A stretch of DNA of 64,000 nt from Candidatus Saccharimonadota bacterium. Lineage in GTDB: Bacteria > Patescibacteriota > Saccharimonadia > Saccharimonadales > JAGQNJ01. The notes under the pieces were generated by a model. It did no database searches. It was not told where the DNA came from and was given only the letters and a program-made list of their open reading frames with translations. Of the stretch, positions 36,508-46,805 are shown piece by piece. The position numbers were made by a program, and so were the translations under genes. The stretch lies in the NCBI GenBank assembly GCA_036826295.1, contig DAISWO010000002.1, positions 77,963 through 141,962 of the forward strand, given 5' to 3'. Position 1 is the stretch's first letter, and each line of letters opens with the position of its first letter.

Positions 36508-37683
36508 ATGGGCAAACTCAAGAGTATCTTACGTCAAAACTGGCTTACTGTAATTATTTTTGTTGCAGTAGTAGTTGGTGGACTATTTGCGGTCTTCAAC
36601 CAACTATCTACGATACCGCCAGGAATCTCCTCGCCTGAAAGAGCCTTTATCAAATCTTCCCTGAGCCTAGAATCCATCACCGACAATCCCCTAAACGCCC
36701 CAATAAAACTATTGTTTTTCGTAGTCAATCAACTAAATCTTGACTCTATAACGGTCTACAGGGGGCTATCGGGAGTTTTTGGGGTAATATTTCTTATCTG
36801 CTTTTACAACTATCTTAAACATTTTCAGACTCGCAGAGTATCATTACTTGCAACCATCCTGCTGTTTACTAGTAGCTGGTTCCTTCATAACACACGACTT
36901 GCGCTTGCTAACATCCTCTTGCCATTATCTGTAATGATAATACTAATGTCGGCCCGAAAACTTCAACAATCAAGCAATACAGCAATAATTAGTGTCTTGC
37001 TGGGGATAGTTCTGGGCTTATCTCTGTATGTCCCAGCAGCTGCATCGGTCGCGCTGTTAGTGCTAATATTCGGACTAAAAACCAAGAAAACCAAGCTGAA
37101 ATTTAAACATTTATCTTCGTTTTTTATTTCGTTAACCATAACTATAGCTCCACTGATTTATGCGAGTACCCAAAACGTTGAGCTAATTTATGGCATCTTC
37201 GGATTACCTCAGACATTTCTACCAATAGAATGGCTAAAGCGAGTCTTGGCAATTCCAATCTTTCTATTCGCCAAAGGACCTCTTAATCCAGTCACTAATT
37301 TAGCTAGGCTTCCGATACTTGACGTTTTTAGTAGCGCACTCTTAGTCTTAGGTGTCTACGCCGCCTACTTCAAGGTAAAACAACCTCACTTTCGGCATAT
37401 TATCTTGGCGCTAATAGCGTCGTTTGTTCTAATCGCCTTAAACGGCGAAAGTCTACTTCCGGTGATTATGCCAATTATCTACATCGTGCTTTCTTACGGT
37501 ATCGCTATCATATTGCAACAATGGTTAACCGTCTTTCCTAAAAATCCACTAGTAAAAAATATCGGGATATTCATTGTAGTTATTTCGCTATCCTTCATTA
37601 GCTTTTATCATCTAAAGCGATACTTTATAGCCTGGCCAAACTCTCCAACTACAAAAATTGTATTTCGGCCACATATAGACTGA
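36508..37683 (+). CDS. polytopic membrane protein, possibly GT-C/PMT-ArnT-like glycosyltransferase
   Basis: About 10 predicted TM helices by eye; function tentative. Confidence 0.4.
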   Translation: MGKLKSILRQNWLTVIIFVAVVVGGLFAVFNQLSTIPPGISSPERAFIKSSLSLESITDNPLNAPIKLLFFVVNQLNLDSITVYRGLSGVFGVIFLICFYNYLKHFQTRRVSLLATILLFTSSWFLHNTRLALANILLPLSVMIILMSARKLQQSSNTAIISVLLGIVLGLSLYVPAAASVALLVLIFGLKTKKTKLKFKHLSSFFISLTITIAPLIYASTQNVELIYGIFGLPQTFLPIEWLKRVLAIPIFLFAKGPLNPVTNLARLPILDVFSSALLVLGVYAAYFKVKQPHFRHIILALIASFVLIALNGESLLPVIMPIIYIVLSYGIAIILQQWLTVFPKNPLVKNIGIFIVVISLSFISFYHLKRYFIAWPNSPTTKIVFRPHID

Positions 37684-37726
37684 GTATTTGGTACAATATA
37701 GGTACGAAGATTAAAGAGGAGAAAAC

Positions 37727-38020
37727 GTGAGTAAATTTGATCAAGCAAAAATGCTACTGAAAGTAAAAAAACTTCAAAAAGAGCTATCAAAACAAGTAAT
37801 CGAAGTTGAAGCAGGTGACGGGGCGGTTAAAGTCGAAATCACTGGTGAGCAAAAAATTAAAAAGATTCATATAGATCCAGAGTATGTTGATCTTGATGAT
37901 ATCGGCCAATTAGAAAAATGGGTAGAAGAAGCCGTGAAAGAAGCGATTGCCGAGAGCCAAAAAATAGCCGCCGAAAAAATGCAACCAATGATGGGTGCGT
38001 TAGGCGACCTAGGACTGTAA
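37727..38020 (+). CDS. ybaB: YbaB/EbfC nucleoid-associated protein (GTG start)
   Basis: AKMLLKVKKLQKELSKQVIEVEAGDGAVKVEITGEQKIKKIHIDPE; precedes recR as usual. Confidence 0.88.
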   Translation: MSKFDQAKMLLKVKKLQKELSKQVIEVEAGDGAVKVEITGEQKIKKIHIDPEYVDLDDIGQLEKWVEEAVKEAIAESQKIAAEKMQPMMGALGDLGL

Positions 38021-38026
38021 GCCTAC

Positions 38027-38329
38027 TTGGACATCATGAGTAGTGAACCATCGCAAGAAACAGCTGAAGCGCAATTTCCGTCAGTGTCACACTTTTATCA
38101 GACTCTTGAGGAATCCGACAAGCTAGGCAAGACTACACTCATAGGCGGAGTTAGTGCATGCGCTGATGCTGCCATGAGCATTGCTATAAGTATTCAGCCT
38201 ATACAAAATTCAGCCACTGAACTAATGCATACTTTAACGCTTGGTAAGGCTGTAGCAGGCGTAGCACTTATGACAGTTGGTATAATTCGTGAAGCAGTTA
38301 ATCAGTATAGCGTATATAAAAAACAATGA
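38027..38329 (+). CDS. hypothetical small membrane protein (alternative ATG 38036)
   Basis: ORF between ybaB and recR. Confidence 0.45.
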   Translation: MDIMSSEPSQETAEAQFPSVSHFYQTLEESDKLGKTTLIGGVSACADAAMSIAISIQPIQNSATELMHTLTLGKAVAGVALMTVGIIREAVNQYSVYKKQ

Positions 38330-38931
38330 ATGTGCTGCCCCAAAGCCTGCAAGACGCGATCGACTCTCTACGACTGTTACCGGGCGTCGGCCCGCGTTCA
38401 GCTGAACGTTATGCTTACTACTTACTAAGAGCTGATTCTAGTAGAGCAACAGAGATTGCAGATACTATCGGGAGGTTACATGACAGTATCGCATATTGTC
38501 AAAAAACGTTCGCTCTTGTAGAAAAAGGTAAAAAATATTCCGACCTTTATACTGACGCATCAAGGGATAAAACTACCGTTGCTGTTGTAGCAGAACCGTT
38601 TGACATCGTAGCGCTAGAGAACACTAGCCACTTTAAGGGAACTTATCATGTGCTAGGCGGGTTAGTCTCGCCAATTGACGGTGTTTCCCCTGACAGTTTG
38701 CATATAAAGGAGCTGATTGAAAGAATCGATAGTGATAATGTTACTGAGATTATCCTAGCAACAAACTCTAGTGTAGAAGGCCAATCTACGGCACTATACA
38801 TTCAACAACAGATTGGTGACCGCCCAGTAAAGGTAACCCGCTTAGCCAGAGGCCTACCAATAGGTGTAGACTTAGAGTACGCCGATCAAATAACCCTAAC
38901 CAGTGCGCTGGAAGGTAGACAAACACTATGA
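38326..38931 (+). CDS. recR: recombination protein RecR (Cys4 zinc-finger region degenerate)
   Basis: LPGVGPRSAERYAYYLL HhH; Toprim ILATNSSVEGQSTALYI; only one Cys (YCQKT) where C-x2-C...C-x2-C is expected. Confidence 0.88.
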   Translation: MNVLPQSLQDAIDSLRLLPGVGPRSAERYAYYLLRADSSRATEIADTIGRLHDSIAYCQKTFALVEKGKKYSDLYTDASRDKTTVAVVAEPFDIVALENTSHFKGTYHVLGGLVSPIDGVSPDSLHIKELIERIDSDNVTEIILATNSSVEGQSTALYIQQQIGDRPVKVTRLARGLPIGVDLEYADQITLTSALEGRQTL

Positions 38932-39935
38932 ACAAATCAAATATAGACAAGATTAAGCAAATCATCGATAAGGCAAAGAATATCTTAATTATTCAGGCCG
39001 ACAATCCTGATGGCGACAGCCTGGCCAGCAGTTTGGCGCTCGAGCAGATCCTACACAAACTAGGTAAAGAACCGACGATGTACTGCAGTGTGTCGGTGCA
39101 GAGTTATCTAAAATACCTCGATGGCTGGGATCGCGTCAGCACCATTATCCCTAAAAATATCGATGCCAGTATTATAGTTGATACTTCCACCATATCGTTA
39201 CTCGAAAAACTCCAAAACAGCGGTTCGGCCGGCTGGGTTAGTTCAAAACCGTGTATCGTTCTCGATCACCACGGCGAAACCAAAAGCGACATATCATTTG
39301 CCACTGTCGAGATAACAGATCCAACCTCGTCCTCGACCGGAGAGTTAATTTATCGGTTGTCTCGTGAACTAGACTGGCCAATCGACAAAATCTCTGGCGT
39401 TAACATAATGTCAGCCATCTTGAGCGACACCCAAGGACTTACTAACGACCTTACGTCACCGCAGACATATCGATTATTGGCAGAATTAGTCGACTTAGGC
39501 GTCAACCGACCAACCCTTGAAGACAAGCGCCGAGAAATGTCAAAAATGGAGCCTAGTATCTTTAAATACAAATCGCGTCTTATCGAACGAACAGAACTAC
39601 TACTAGATAATCAACTCGCCTACGTAGTTGTGCCGCATAACGAGATTATGGAGTTCAGCCCGCTATACAACCCGGCACCGCTAATTCAGGCCGATATGCT
39701 CCAAACTAGCGGTGTGGGGATCGCTCTGGTCGTCAAGCAATACGATGATGGCCATATCACCGGATCAATTAGGTGTAACCAAGGATTCGCGATTGCTGCT
39801 AAAGTCGCCGAAGAGCTTGGTGGAGGAGGTCACGAATACGCCGCAGGTTTTAAAATTCACGGTTCAAAACCTATAAATGACCTCAAAACTGAGATTATCA
39901 ATATAATTAGTAAAAATTTGGACGAATTAAAATAA
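38928..39935 (+). CDS. DHH/DHHA1 phosphoesterase (NrnA-like)
   Basis: DNPDGDSLASSLAL, VLDHHGE, GGGHEYAAGF. Confidence 0.85.
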   Translation: MNKSNIDKIKQIIDKAKNILIIQADNPDGDSLASSLALEQILHKLGKEPTMYCSVSVQSYLKYLDGWDRVSTIIPKNIDASIIVDTSTISLLEKLQNSGSAGWVSSKPCIVLDHHGETKSDISFATVEITDPTSSSTGELIYRLSRELDWPIDKISGVNIMSAILSDTQGLTNDLTSPQTYRLLAELVDLGVNRPTLEDKRREMSKMEPSIFKYKSRLIERTELLLDNQLAYVVVPHNEIMEFSPLYNPAPLIQADMLQTSGVGIALVVKQYDDGHITGSIRCNQGFAIAAKVAEELGGGGHEYAAGFKIHGSKPINDLKTEIINIISKNLDELK

Positions 39936-41356
39936 TGGCTGGGTTTAAATTATTTAATACCGCGTCAAAAAAAGTTGAAGACTTTACCCCGCATAAAGCA
40001 GACAATGTTAGTTTTTATAGTTGTGGGCCAACCGTCTATGACTATCCACACATCGGTAATTGGTACACCTTCATTCGCTATGATCAGCTTAACAGAGCTC
40101 TAAAACTAGTTGGTTACAAAACCACTTGGGTTATGAATGTTACTGATGTTGGGCATCTTGTTAGCGACGAAGACGAAGGCGAAGACAAGCTAGAAAAAGG
40201 AGCCAAAAGGGAAGGCTCAACCGCTTGGGACGTGGCAAAAAAATATACCGACTATTTTACCGATGCCCTAAATCGGCTAAACATAAATACGCCAGACAAA
40301 CTGCCGAAAGCTACCGACCACATTCAGGAGCAAATCGATTTGATTAAAAAATTAGAAAACAATGGCCATACTTACGTTATCGATGATGGCGTATATTTTG
40401 ATACCTCTACATTCTCGGACTATGGCAAAATGGCCGGGCTTAATATAGCCGAGCAAAAAGCTGGTGCTCGAGTCGCGCTTAACAAACAAAAACGAAACCC
40501 TAGCGACTTCGCATTATGGAAACTTTCACCGAAAGGCGAAAAAAGAGACATGGAATGGGACAGTCCGTGGGGCAAAGGTTTTCCAGGGTGGCACATCGAA
40601 TGCTCCGCAATGAGCATGAAATACCTCGGCGAAACTCTCGATATACACGGCGGGGGGGTTGATCATATACCAGTACACCACACCAACGAAATCGCCCAGT
40701 CAGAAGGCGCTACCGGCAAACCGTTCTCAAGATTCTGGTTTCATAGTCACTTTAATCTCGTAGACGGTAAAAAAATGTCAAAGTCACTAGGTAACTTTTT
40801 TACCCTAGAAGATGTCGAGAAAAAAGGCTTCGATCCACTGGCTTTTAGATTATTAGTATTACAATCTCATTATCGAACTGAAGCCCATTTCAGCTGGGAG
40901 AATCTTCGTGCTGCACAGAACCGGTTAAATGAGCTACGTGCATGGGCAGACCTACGACATCAACCCAGTACTGATTCCATGTCTGATGAGCTAAACGAAA
41001 AATGGGGAAAAACACTCACGGACATGAAAGAATGTCTAGCAAACGACCTCGATACGCCTGGCGCGCTGGCTGCTCTAGCAAAGCTTGTCAACTTTATGAG
41101 TAGCGTGCCTATTCCTAGGCAAAACGGCTCAAATACGGGTACAGCTTTGGCCCAGATCGACGAAATGCTCGGTCTCTCTCTAGATAACCGCCCAGATATA
41201 TCCGGTGATCAAAAATCGTTACTAAAAAAACGCCAAGAGGCGAAAGACGACAAAGATTACGCAACTGCCGATAAAGTCAGGGAAGAGCTAGAGTCCCAAG
41301 GTATTGCCATCCGCGATACAGATAACGGACAAATTTGGCAGAGAACTCGGGGCTAA
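39935..41356 (+). CDS. cysS: cysteine--tRNA ligase
   Basis: HIGNWYTF (HIGH), GWHIECSAM, KMSKSLGN. Confidence 0.94.
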   Translation: MAGFKLFNTASKKVEDFTPHKADNVSFYSCGPTVYDYPHIGNWYTFIRYDQLNRALKLVGYKTTWVMNVTDVGHLVSDEDEGEDKLEKGAKREGSTAWDVAKKYTDYFTDALNRLNINTPDKLPKATDHIQEQIDLIKKLENNGHTYVIDDGVYFDTSTFSDYGKMAGLNIAEQKAGARVALNKQKRNPSDFALWKLSPKGEKRDMEWDSPWGKGFPGWHIECSAMSMKYLGETLDIHGGGVDHIPVHHTNEIAQSEGATGKPFSRFWFHSHFNLVDGKKMSKSLGNFFTLEDVEKKGFDPLAFRLLVLQSHYRTEAHFSWENLRAAQNRLNELRAWADLRHQPSTDSMSDELNEKWGKTLTDMKECLANDLDTPGALAALAKLVNFMSSVPIPRQNGSNTGTALAQIDEMLGLSLDNRPDISGDQKSLLKKRQEAKDDKDYATADKVREELESQGIAIRDTDNGQIWQRTRG

Positions 41357-41357
41357 C

Positions 41358-42443
41358 TTATTCTGAAAGCTTTTCAGAAATCGTATTGCGGTCTTCAAAG
41401 TACTCTACTAATACTAGCCTAATGCAGGCCACGATCGGTATCGCCACGAAAGCTCCAATTATACCGCCAACACTTACTCCGATTAGTGCGGCAATAAAGA
41501 CGGTCAATGGGCTTATTTCACTCTGCCATGATTGAATGAGCGGTTGAATGGTAATGTTTTCTAGTTGTTGGTAGGTAATAAAGAATATAGCCATAACTAA
41601 AGCTAGAGGCAACGATGTAAAAGCACAAAGAGTAACTACGATTATCGCACCGATCATGGCGCCAAACATCGGAATCAGACTAGTAAGAGTCACGATCAGA
41701 GCAAATACTACAGCGTTGATATCGCCTCCAACGAGCGAACTTGCGGCTAATAGAGCGAATAAAGTTGCTGTACCAGCTATTAATGCAATCAAAAGCTGTC
41801 CATTGACATAGCCAGTAACTAACTGATACATCTTGGCCAATAAGCGTTTACGTTTTTGTAGTTGCTTAGGATTTTGTAACGTCCAAGAATATTTAATCCA
41901 ATCCGGGCCTTCAACCAACATCATGAAGGTTAGTGTCAGCACGATAATCAGCGACAAGACGGTTGTCCATACTTTATTAGCAGTCGATAAGGCCGAGCTA
42001 CCAACATTTTCAAATCTATCCCTGATCGAGAGAGTCGCTCGATCGATGTCATCTTCTAGGTTGTATTCCTGAATATATTTCTGCACCGTACTGTCATCGC
42101 TAGTATATCTAGAAAAAGTTACTGGCAGATCTTTAACAAAAGTCGAAGTTTGAGACACAATAGTTGGCACCACTACAATTAAAAATGACGAAATCAGCAA
42201 CAACACCATCAGGTAGGCAACACCAGTAGCTCGCACCCTGCTTTTACTCTTGAGGTGCTTTGATATCCAACTAACGGCTGGGTTAAGTGCCACTGCTAAA
42301 AAAGCCGAGATAAAGATTAGCGCGAGGATATGGGCAATACGCGTTATGAATGCCACAACTAGAATGGACAGGACCCCAATAATGACTACCCGAATTATTG
42401 TGCGATAACTAAATGAGACGGTAATTTTTTTGTCACTAAACAT
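41358..42443 (-). CDS. AI-2E/PerM-family transporter
   Basis: 361 aa, about 8 TM helices, typical length and topology; C-terminal ITYQQLENITIQPLI. Confidence 0.75.
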   Translation of the reverse strand: MFSDKKITVSFSYRTIIRVVIIGVLSILVVAFITRIAHILALIFISAFLAVALNPAVSWISKHLKSKSRVRATGVAYLMVLLLISSFLIVVVPTIVSQTSTFVKDLPVTFSRYTSDDSTVQKYIQEYNLEDDIDRATLSIRDRFENVGSSALSTANKVWTTVLSLIIVLTLTFMMLVEGPDWIKYSWTLQNPKQLQKRKRLLAKMYQLVTGYVNGQLLIALIAGTATLFALLAASSLVGGDINAVVFALIVTLTSLIPMFGAMIGAIIVVTLCAFTSLPLALVMAIFFITYQQLENITIQPLIQSWQSEISPLTVFIAALIGVSVGGIIGAFVAIPIVACIRLVLVEYFEDRNTISEKLSE

Positions 42444-42445
42444 AA

Positions 42446-43576
42446 TTAGTTCTTATTATGGGTTGCGTCAGTCTTTTTTGCAATTATTGTCTTATACTTA
42501 GCCATAATTTTTGGGGCCACAACGTCAATATCGTACTTCTTCATTATTTCATTTTGTATTCTATGATCATCTCTTAAATCTTTGTGCAAATACTTTTCTA
42601 AAACTTCTGCAACTTCATGGGGTTTTTTTGGATTAAATATATAGTTAGGGCTAGAGAGAACTTCACTGTAGCCTGGATTGTTGCCTCCTAGGACTACGCC
42701 AGAACCAGCCGCCATAGCCTCAATTAATACTATTCCAAAACTTTCGCCACCTTTTGAGGGAAACACCGCGATTTTGGCACTAGAGAGAATTTTGCCCTTA
42801 GCCTCTTCCGAAATCCTACCGAGCATTTTTACTTTATTGGTGAGCGATTTCTTTTTAATAAATGTCTCTATTTTGTCTCGGTCTGGACCATCGCCGGCAA
42901 TTACTAGTGTCGGAGTATTTGTTCCGAGTTTTCGCAACAGCAAATCATAGCCTCTTAGCAACTCGAGACAACCTTTACGGTCAACTAATCTTCCTAAAAA
43001 AACAATATTATCCTGCGAGCTGGGTTTAACATTTGTTTGCCTGAAGGCCGAATAATCCACGACGTTCGGCAACACCATAGAGTCTATTTTGAAAGTTTTT
43101 TTAGCCGTTTCTTGAGCAGCGCTAGATACACTAAAGACCGCGTCAAATAACCGCAAGTTCGGACGTAGGACATAACCCAAGACTGACGCTGCGGCCTGAT
43201 GGAACCTAGAGTATGGGGCGATATGAAAAGTCCCAACTACTGCAGTATGAGGCGGAGACAACTGTACGATTCTAGCAGCCAACATCGGGCTATAAGGCAT
43301 CTGAACGTGCAGTACATCAAAGTTCTCCTTAACTAGTAGTTGCCGAATCGCTCGGGGTGAGCTAGGCAAGGGGATTGTCAGCCGATTGTTATTAAATCTA
43401 ACTGGGATTTTTTTAGCCAACGAATGAACACCGCTTAGATCTGCCCGCTTGCTAGAACCACACAAATAATGGACATCTATGCCTTTTCGCTTCATCCATT
43501 TGCCTAGATTTAGCACATACTGCTGTACCCCGTCGGTAGAATCTAAACTATCGTCAACTACAAATCCCACCTTCAT
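42446..43576 (-). CDS. GT4-family glycosyltransferase
   Basis: GGESFGIVLIEAMAAGSGVV (E-x7-E region). Confidence 0.85.
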   Translation of the reverse strand: MKVGFVVDDSLDSTDGVQQYVLNLGKWMKRKGIDVHYLCGSSKRADLSGVHSLAKKIPVRFNNNRLTIPLPSSPRAIRQLLVKENFDVLHVQMPYSPMLAARIVQLSPPHTAVVGTFHIAPYSRFHQAAASVLGYVLRPNLRLFDAVFSVSSAAQETAKKTFKIDSMVLPNVVDYSAFRQTNVKPSSQDNIVFLGRLVDRKGCLELLRGYDLLLRKLGTNTPTLVIAGDGPDRDKIETFIKKKSLTNKVKMLGRISEEAKGKILSSAKIAVFPSKGGESFGIVLIEAMAAGSGVVLGGNNPGYSEVLSSPNYIFNPKKPHEVAEVLEKYLHKDLRDDHRIQNEIMKKYDIDVVAPKIMAKYKTIIAKKTDATHNKN

Positions 43577-44715
43577 TAATTTCTCGTTTTCTCTATCTCA
43601 ATTGCTTCCTTATAAGTTGCTTCATATTGATCAGTTATTTTCTTGTAATCAAACTGCTTAATATAATCTTTAGCCCAATTCAACCACAGCTTCCGAAGTT
43701 CTTGATCTGATAGCATTAGCTCTAATTTTTTAGTAAATGACTCTGTATCTTTAGGGTTAATGATAGACAGGTTACCTTTGCCTTGCATAACAGCGCTGTA
43801 GCCTGGATTATTACCAGCGACCACAACCGCTCCAGCCGCCATAGCTTCTAATAGTACAATTCCAAAACTTTCTCCGAATATTGCCGGCGAGCAATAGATA
43901 TCACAACTACGAAGCAAATCAATTTTTTGTTGATCGCTTACGTAACCTAAAAACTCTACTCCGCTAATTTTCTTTTCGCGCACATATGTTTCTAGTTTTT
44001 TTCGCTCCGGACCATCGCCGGCAATTACTAAGCGGACTTTATCGCCGTTTTTAATCAACTGAGAAAATGCCATCAATAAATATTTAACGCCTTTACGTTT
44101 TTCTAAACGACCAACAAACAAAATAGTTTTGGTTTCTTCGTTAGATTTATCTGAGGCTCGAGTGTACTTATTGATATTAACGCCATTAGGGATAATCACC
44201 GGGTTATGTTTGCTAATTGCCGTGTAATACTCCGCGGCAGCGCTCGACACGGCTGTGCTAATATCTAACGACTTCAGTATGGATTTAGTGTATGGGGTAA
44301 TGACTTTTTCAACTGTTTTACTCAGCATCGTTTCGGGTAATTTGGCATGGAAGGTAGCGACGTTAGCACAACTAGATTTTGCCAAAATTTGCATAGACAA
44401 CATCGGTACCCACGGCTCGTGAAAGTGGATCACATCAAATTTGTGTGTAGCAAGCATCTCATCGATAGCCTTGAGATCCACCGAGGCTGAGACTTGGGCT
44501 GTCGTAGCCTGAAAAGGCGACTTGATATCAGCCGACGTGCCAATTAACACCATACCCTCGCTACTGCGGTTCAATTTGCTAAAGCCTCTGGGACGAGGTG
44601 TAATTATTAATACCTCATGGCCGCGATTAACTAGCTCCGTCTGAAGAGCCCGCACGCACTCTTGTACGCCACCACCTTTGAACATGTCATAAGGGCAAAC
44701 TAACCCAATCTTCAT
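43576..44715 (-). CDS. GT4-family glycosyltransferase
   Basis: FGESFGIVLLEAMAAGAVVVAG. Confidence 0.85.
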   Translation of the reverse strand: MKIGLVCPYDMFKGGGVQECVRALQTELVNRGHEVLIITPRPRGFSKLNRSSEGMVLIGTSADIKSPFQATTAQVSASVDLKAIDEMLATHKFDVIHFHEPWVPMLSMQILAKSSCANVATFHAKLPETMLSKTVEKVITPYTKSILKSLDISTAVSSAAAEYYTAISKHNPVIIPNGVNINKYTRASDKSNEETKTILFVGRLEKRKGVKYLLMAFSQLIKNGDKVRLVIAGDGPERKKLETYVREKKISGVEFLGYVSDQQKIDLLRSCDIYCSPAIFGESFGIVLLEAMAAGAVVVAGNNPGYSAVMQGKGNLSIINPKDTESFTKKLELMLSDQELRKLWLNWAKDYIKQFDYKKITDQYEATYKEAIEIEKTRN

Positions 44716-44732
44716 GAATTAATTATATCATT

Positions 44733-45650
44733 CTACTGTTTATTTAGCGCTTTTCTAATGCGTCCAGGGATAAATTCGATAGCCTCATCAGCTGACGCTA
44801 CTACAGTTGGGGCATGACGTTCTGATTTAATTACACTAGTATTAAAGTCGCTAAACACTATCTTATTGTGTTGCTGGACTATATGCCTATCCAGATATTG
44901 ATCGTTATCCACGGCAATACATTCTAGATGTGTCGACACGCTACTAGAGCAAATATCGATATTCAGGATTCTATTTAACGTGTAAAAGTGCGTCCGGATG
45001 TCATTTATGCGCCATAGATTAGTTTCAAAGTCGATTCGCAGTCGCTTCTGTTCTGGCGGTTCACTTTTATTATGTCTATCGGCAAACAGTAGGCTCCACC
45101 GCACTAGCGGTTTTATTTTTAGCCCAAGTCGCATTATGCCCGAAACGATCCTAGTTGACAGAATCTTCGTCAATGCCCGAAAAAGCTTCATTTTTCTAGG
45201 CGGATACTTTATGTCACTATGATGTAAAAATCCCACACCGCTAACCAGTAAATCCACTCTATCAGCAAGATCAGGGTATTTTTGCAGCATCCGTGTAGCA
45301 ATTCCAAAACCAAGCGAAACGCTCACGATCGTAATCCGGCGATTGCGGTAACGCAGTTTAATAAAGGCCGCTAAATAATCAGCCAGATTATCAATCGTCG
45401 GCGTTAATCCAATCTTAAAGTAGCTGTCCATCCCACCAAATCCCGGCAAATCCGGTATAGTAATGGCCCCGTAGCGATTGAGTGCTCTAGCGAACCCCTC
45501 CATGCGCTCTAGGCTGGCGTGATGACCATAGACTACTAGTATTTCTTTGGTTTTATTTTTCGGCGCTGGCATACGAAGCATTCGGCCATGCAAACCATTG
45601 ATAATAAATGGCTTAATATAGTGTTCTAAATCTTGATTATTCTTGGTCAT
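44733..45650 (-). CDS. alpha/beta-fold hydrolase-like protein
   Basis: ILVVYGHHASLERMEGF.., IVSVSLGFG nucleophile-elbow-like. Confidence 0.55.
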   Translation of the reverse strand: MTKNNQDLEHYIKPFIINGLHGRMLRMPAPKNKTKEILVVYGHHASLERMEGFARALNRYGAITIPDLPGFGGMDSYFKIGLTPTIDNLADYLAAFIKLRYRNRRITIVSVSLGFGIATRMLQKYPDLADRVDLLVSGVGFLHHSDIKYPPRKMKLFRALTKILSTRIVSGIMRLGLKIKPLVRWSLLFADRHNKSEPPEQKRLRIDFETNLWRINDIRTHFYTLNRILNIDICSSSVSTHLECIAVDNDQYLDRHIVQQHNKIVFSDFNTSVIKSERHAPTVVASADEAIEFIPGRIRKALNKQ

Positions 45651-45729
45651 ATACCTTCATAGCCTACTAAATTTATTTGGTTTAACACAATTAACTGGTG
45701 TAATTTGCTATAATTCTACTACTGATTTT

Positions 45730-46467
45730 ATGAAAAATGAAAAACTTCTGTACGCGGTCGCAATAACACTTCTAGCAATATTTGCTTTTGGCCAGCTAAA
45801 ATCACTGCTAACCCGCGAAGAACAGCGCGCTTATAAGAGTGGCGAGGTGGTGTCTAGTATTAATAAAACCAAATACTCTACATCAGAGCCCGCTAGCCTA
45901 TGGGTAATTGTTAACAAACAAAACCCCTTGCCAAAGACTTACTCACCAGCAAACTTATCCGAAGTTAAAGCGCTAACTGTCACTAATCCAGATGAATCCA
46001 AGCTTCGGGAGGATGCCAACAAGGCTCTAGCAGATCTGGTTAAATCAGCTGGCAAGGAAAAATTAAAATATCAGATGATTAGCGGTTATCGGTCTTATGA
46101 TCTACAAAATATCGTCTACGGCGGTAATGTCAGTAGTGATGGGCAAAAAAAGGCAGATGATACCAGTGCCCGACCAGGGCATAGCGAGCACCAGACTGGG
46201 CTAGCGGTTGATCTAGGTAGGACAGATGGTAAATGTCGGCTAGAGACGTGTTTTGGTGATACTCCGGAAGGCAAGTGGCTAGCTGATAATGCCTACAAAT
46301 TTGGTTTTATCGTGCGTTATCAGCAGGGAGAGCAAGGTATCGTTGGTTATAGTTACGAGCCTTGGCATCTGCGTTATGTCGGCAAGGAGCTAGCGGATGA
46401 ATTGTTTAAGAAGGATTTGACGATGGAAGAGTTTTTTGGGTATCCGGCGGCACCTGATTATAAATAA
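45730..46467 (+). CDS. VanY/M15B-family D-alanyl-D-alanine carboxypeptidase (start moved to ATG 45730)
   Basis: SGYRSYDLQ, HSEHQTGLAVDL, EPWHLRYVG; N-terminal TM anchor. Confidence 0.85.
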   Translation: MKNEKLLYAVAITLLAIFAFGQLKSLLTREEQRAYKSGEVVSSINKTKYSTSEPASLWVIVNKQNPLPKTYSPANLSEVKALTVTNPDESKLREDANKALADLVKSAGKEKLKYQMISGYRSYDLQNIVYGGNVSSDGQKKADDTSARPGHSEHQTGLAVDLGRTDGKCRLETCFGDTPEGKWLADNAYKFGFIVRYQQGEQGIVGYSYEPWHLRYVGKELADELFKKDLTMEEFFGYPAAPDYK

Positions 46468-46482
46468 TTCTCTAACTCAGTT

Positions 46483-46760
46483 TGCAAGCTAGAAGCTTGC
46501 GTAGAATCATACTTTTATCTCCAGCAATAAAAGTATGCAAAAGTGCCGCCCCGGCTCAAGCCACATGATGTAAATTGTTGTTTGTTTGCACCGTGCCTGC
46601 GGAACGCAAGCGATCTGATTCATTGATTTTGAAGTATGGAATCAGATTAGTCCTCGGCATTGATTCGGTACAAATCAAACAAAATTCGCTCAGTGTTTGA
46701 GAGGGGGTATAACAACAACTCAGGAAAAAGCCGATGCCCAGTTTAGACAGCTGGGTGCTG
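46483..46760 (+). repeat. structured repeat SR-A
   Basis: P1 hairpin CATACTTTTAT/ATAAAAGTATG 46508-46537. AAGTGCCGCCCCGGCTCAAGCCAC 46541-46564. Core CCTGCGGAACGCAAGCG 46596-46612. Hairpin ATCTGATTC/GAATCAGAT 46613-46647. TAGTCCTCGGC 46648-46658. Tail TCAGGAAAAAGCCGATGCCCA 46720-46740. Confidence 0.85.
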
Positions 46761-46789
46761 GTTTTAATAAGAAAAACGTTATGAACAAA

Positions 46790-46798
46790 TGATACAAT
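46790..46798 (+). promoter_or_regulatory. extended -10 (TGaTACAAT) 7 nt before ATG 46806
   Basis: read directly. Confidence 0.5.
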
Positions 46799-46805
46799 AT
46801 AGTTT

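Noticed and set aside
40651-40658. G7 tract inside cysS
   Set aside because: It encodes the conserved HGGGVDH segment in frame. This is a coding constraint, not a phase-variation candidate.
41335-41535. Plus-strand ORF of 66 aa after cysS, plus ORFs 41833..42072, 42678..42950, 43479..43661 and 44998..45222
   Set aside because: All are antisense to the well-supported minus-strand transporter, glycosyltransferase and hydrolase genes.
46596-46612. The SR core CCTGYGGAACGCAAGCG looked a little like a T-box sequence (GGGTGGTACCGCG)
   Set aside because: Copies occur in both orientations and not upstream of aaRS or amino-acid genes. No specifier-loop/Stem I architecture is present. The similarity is superficial.
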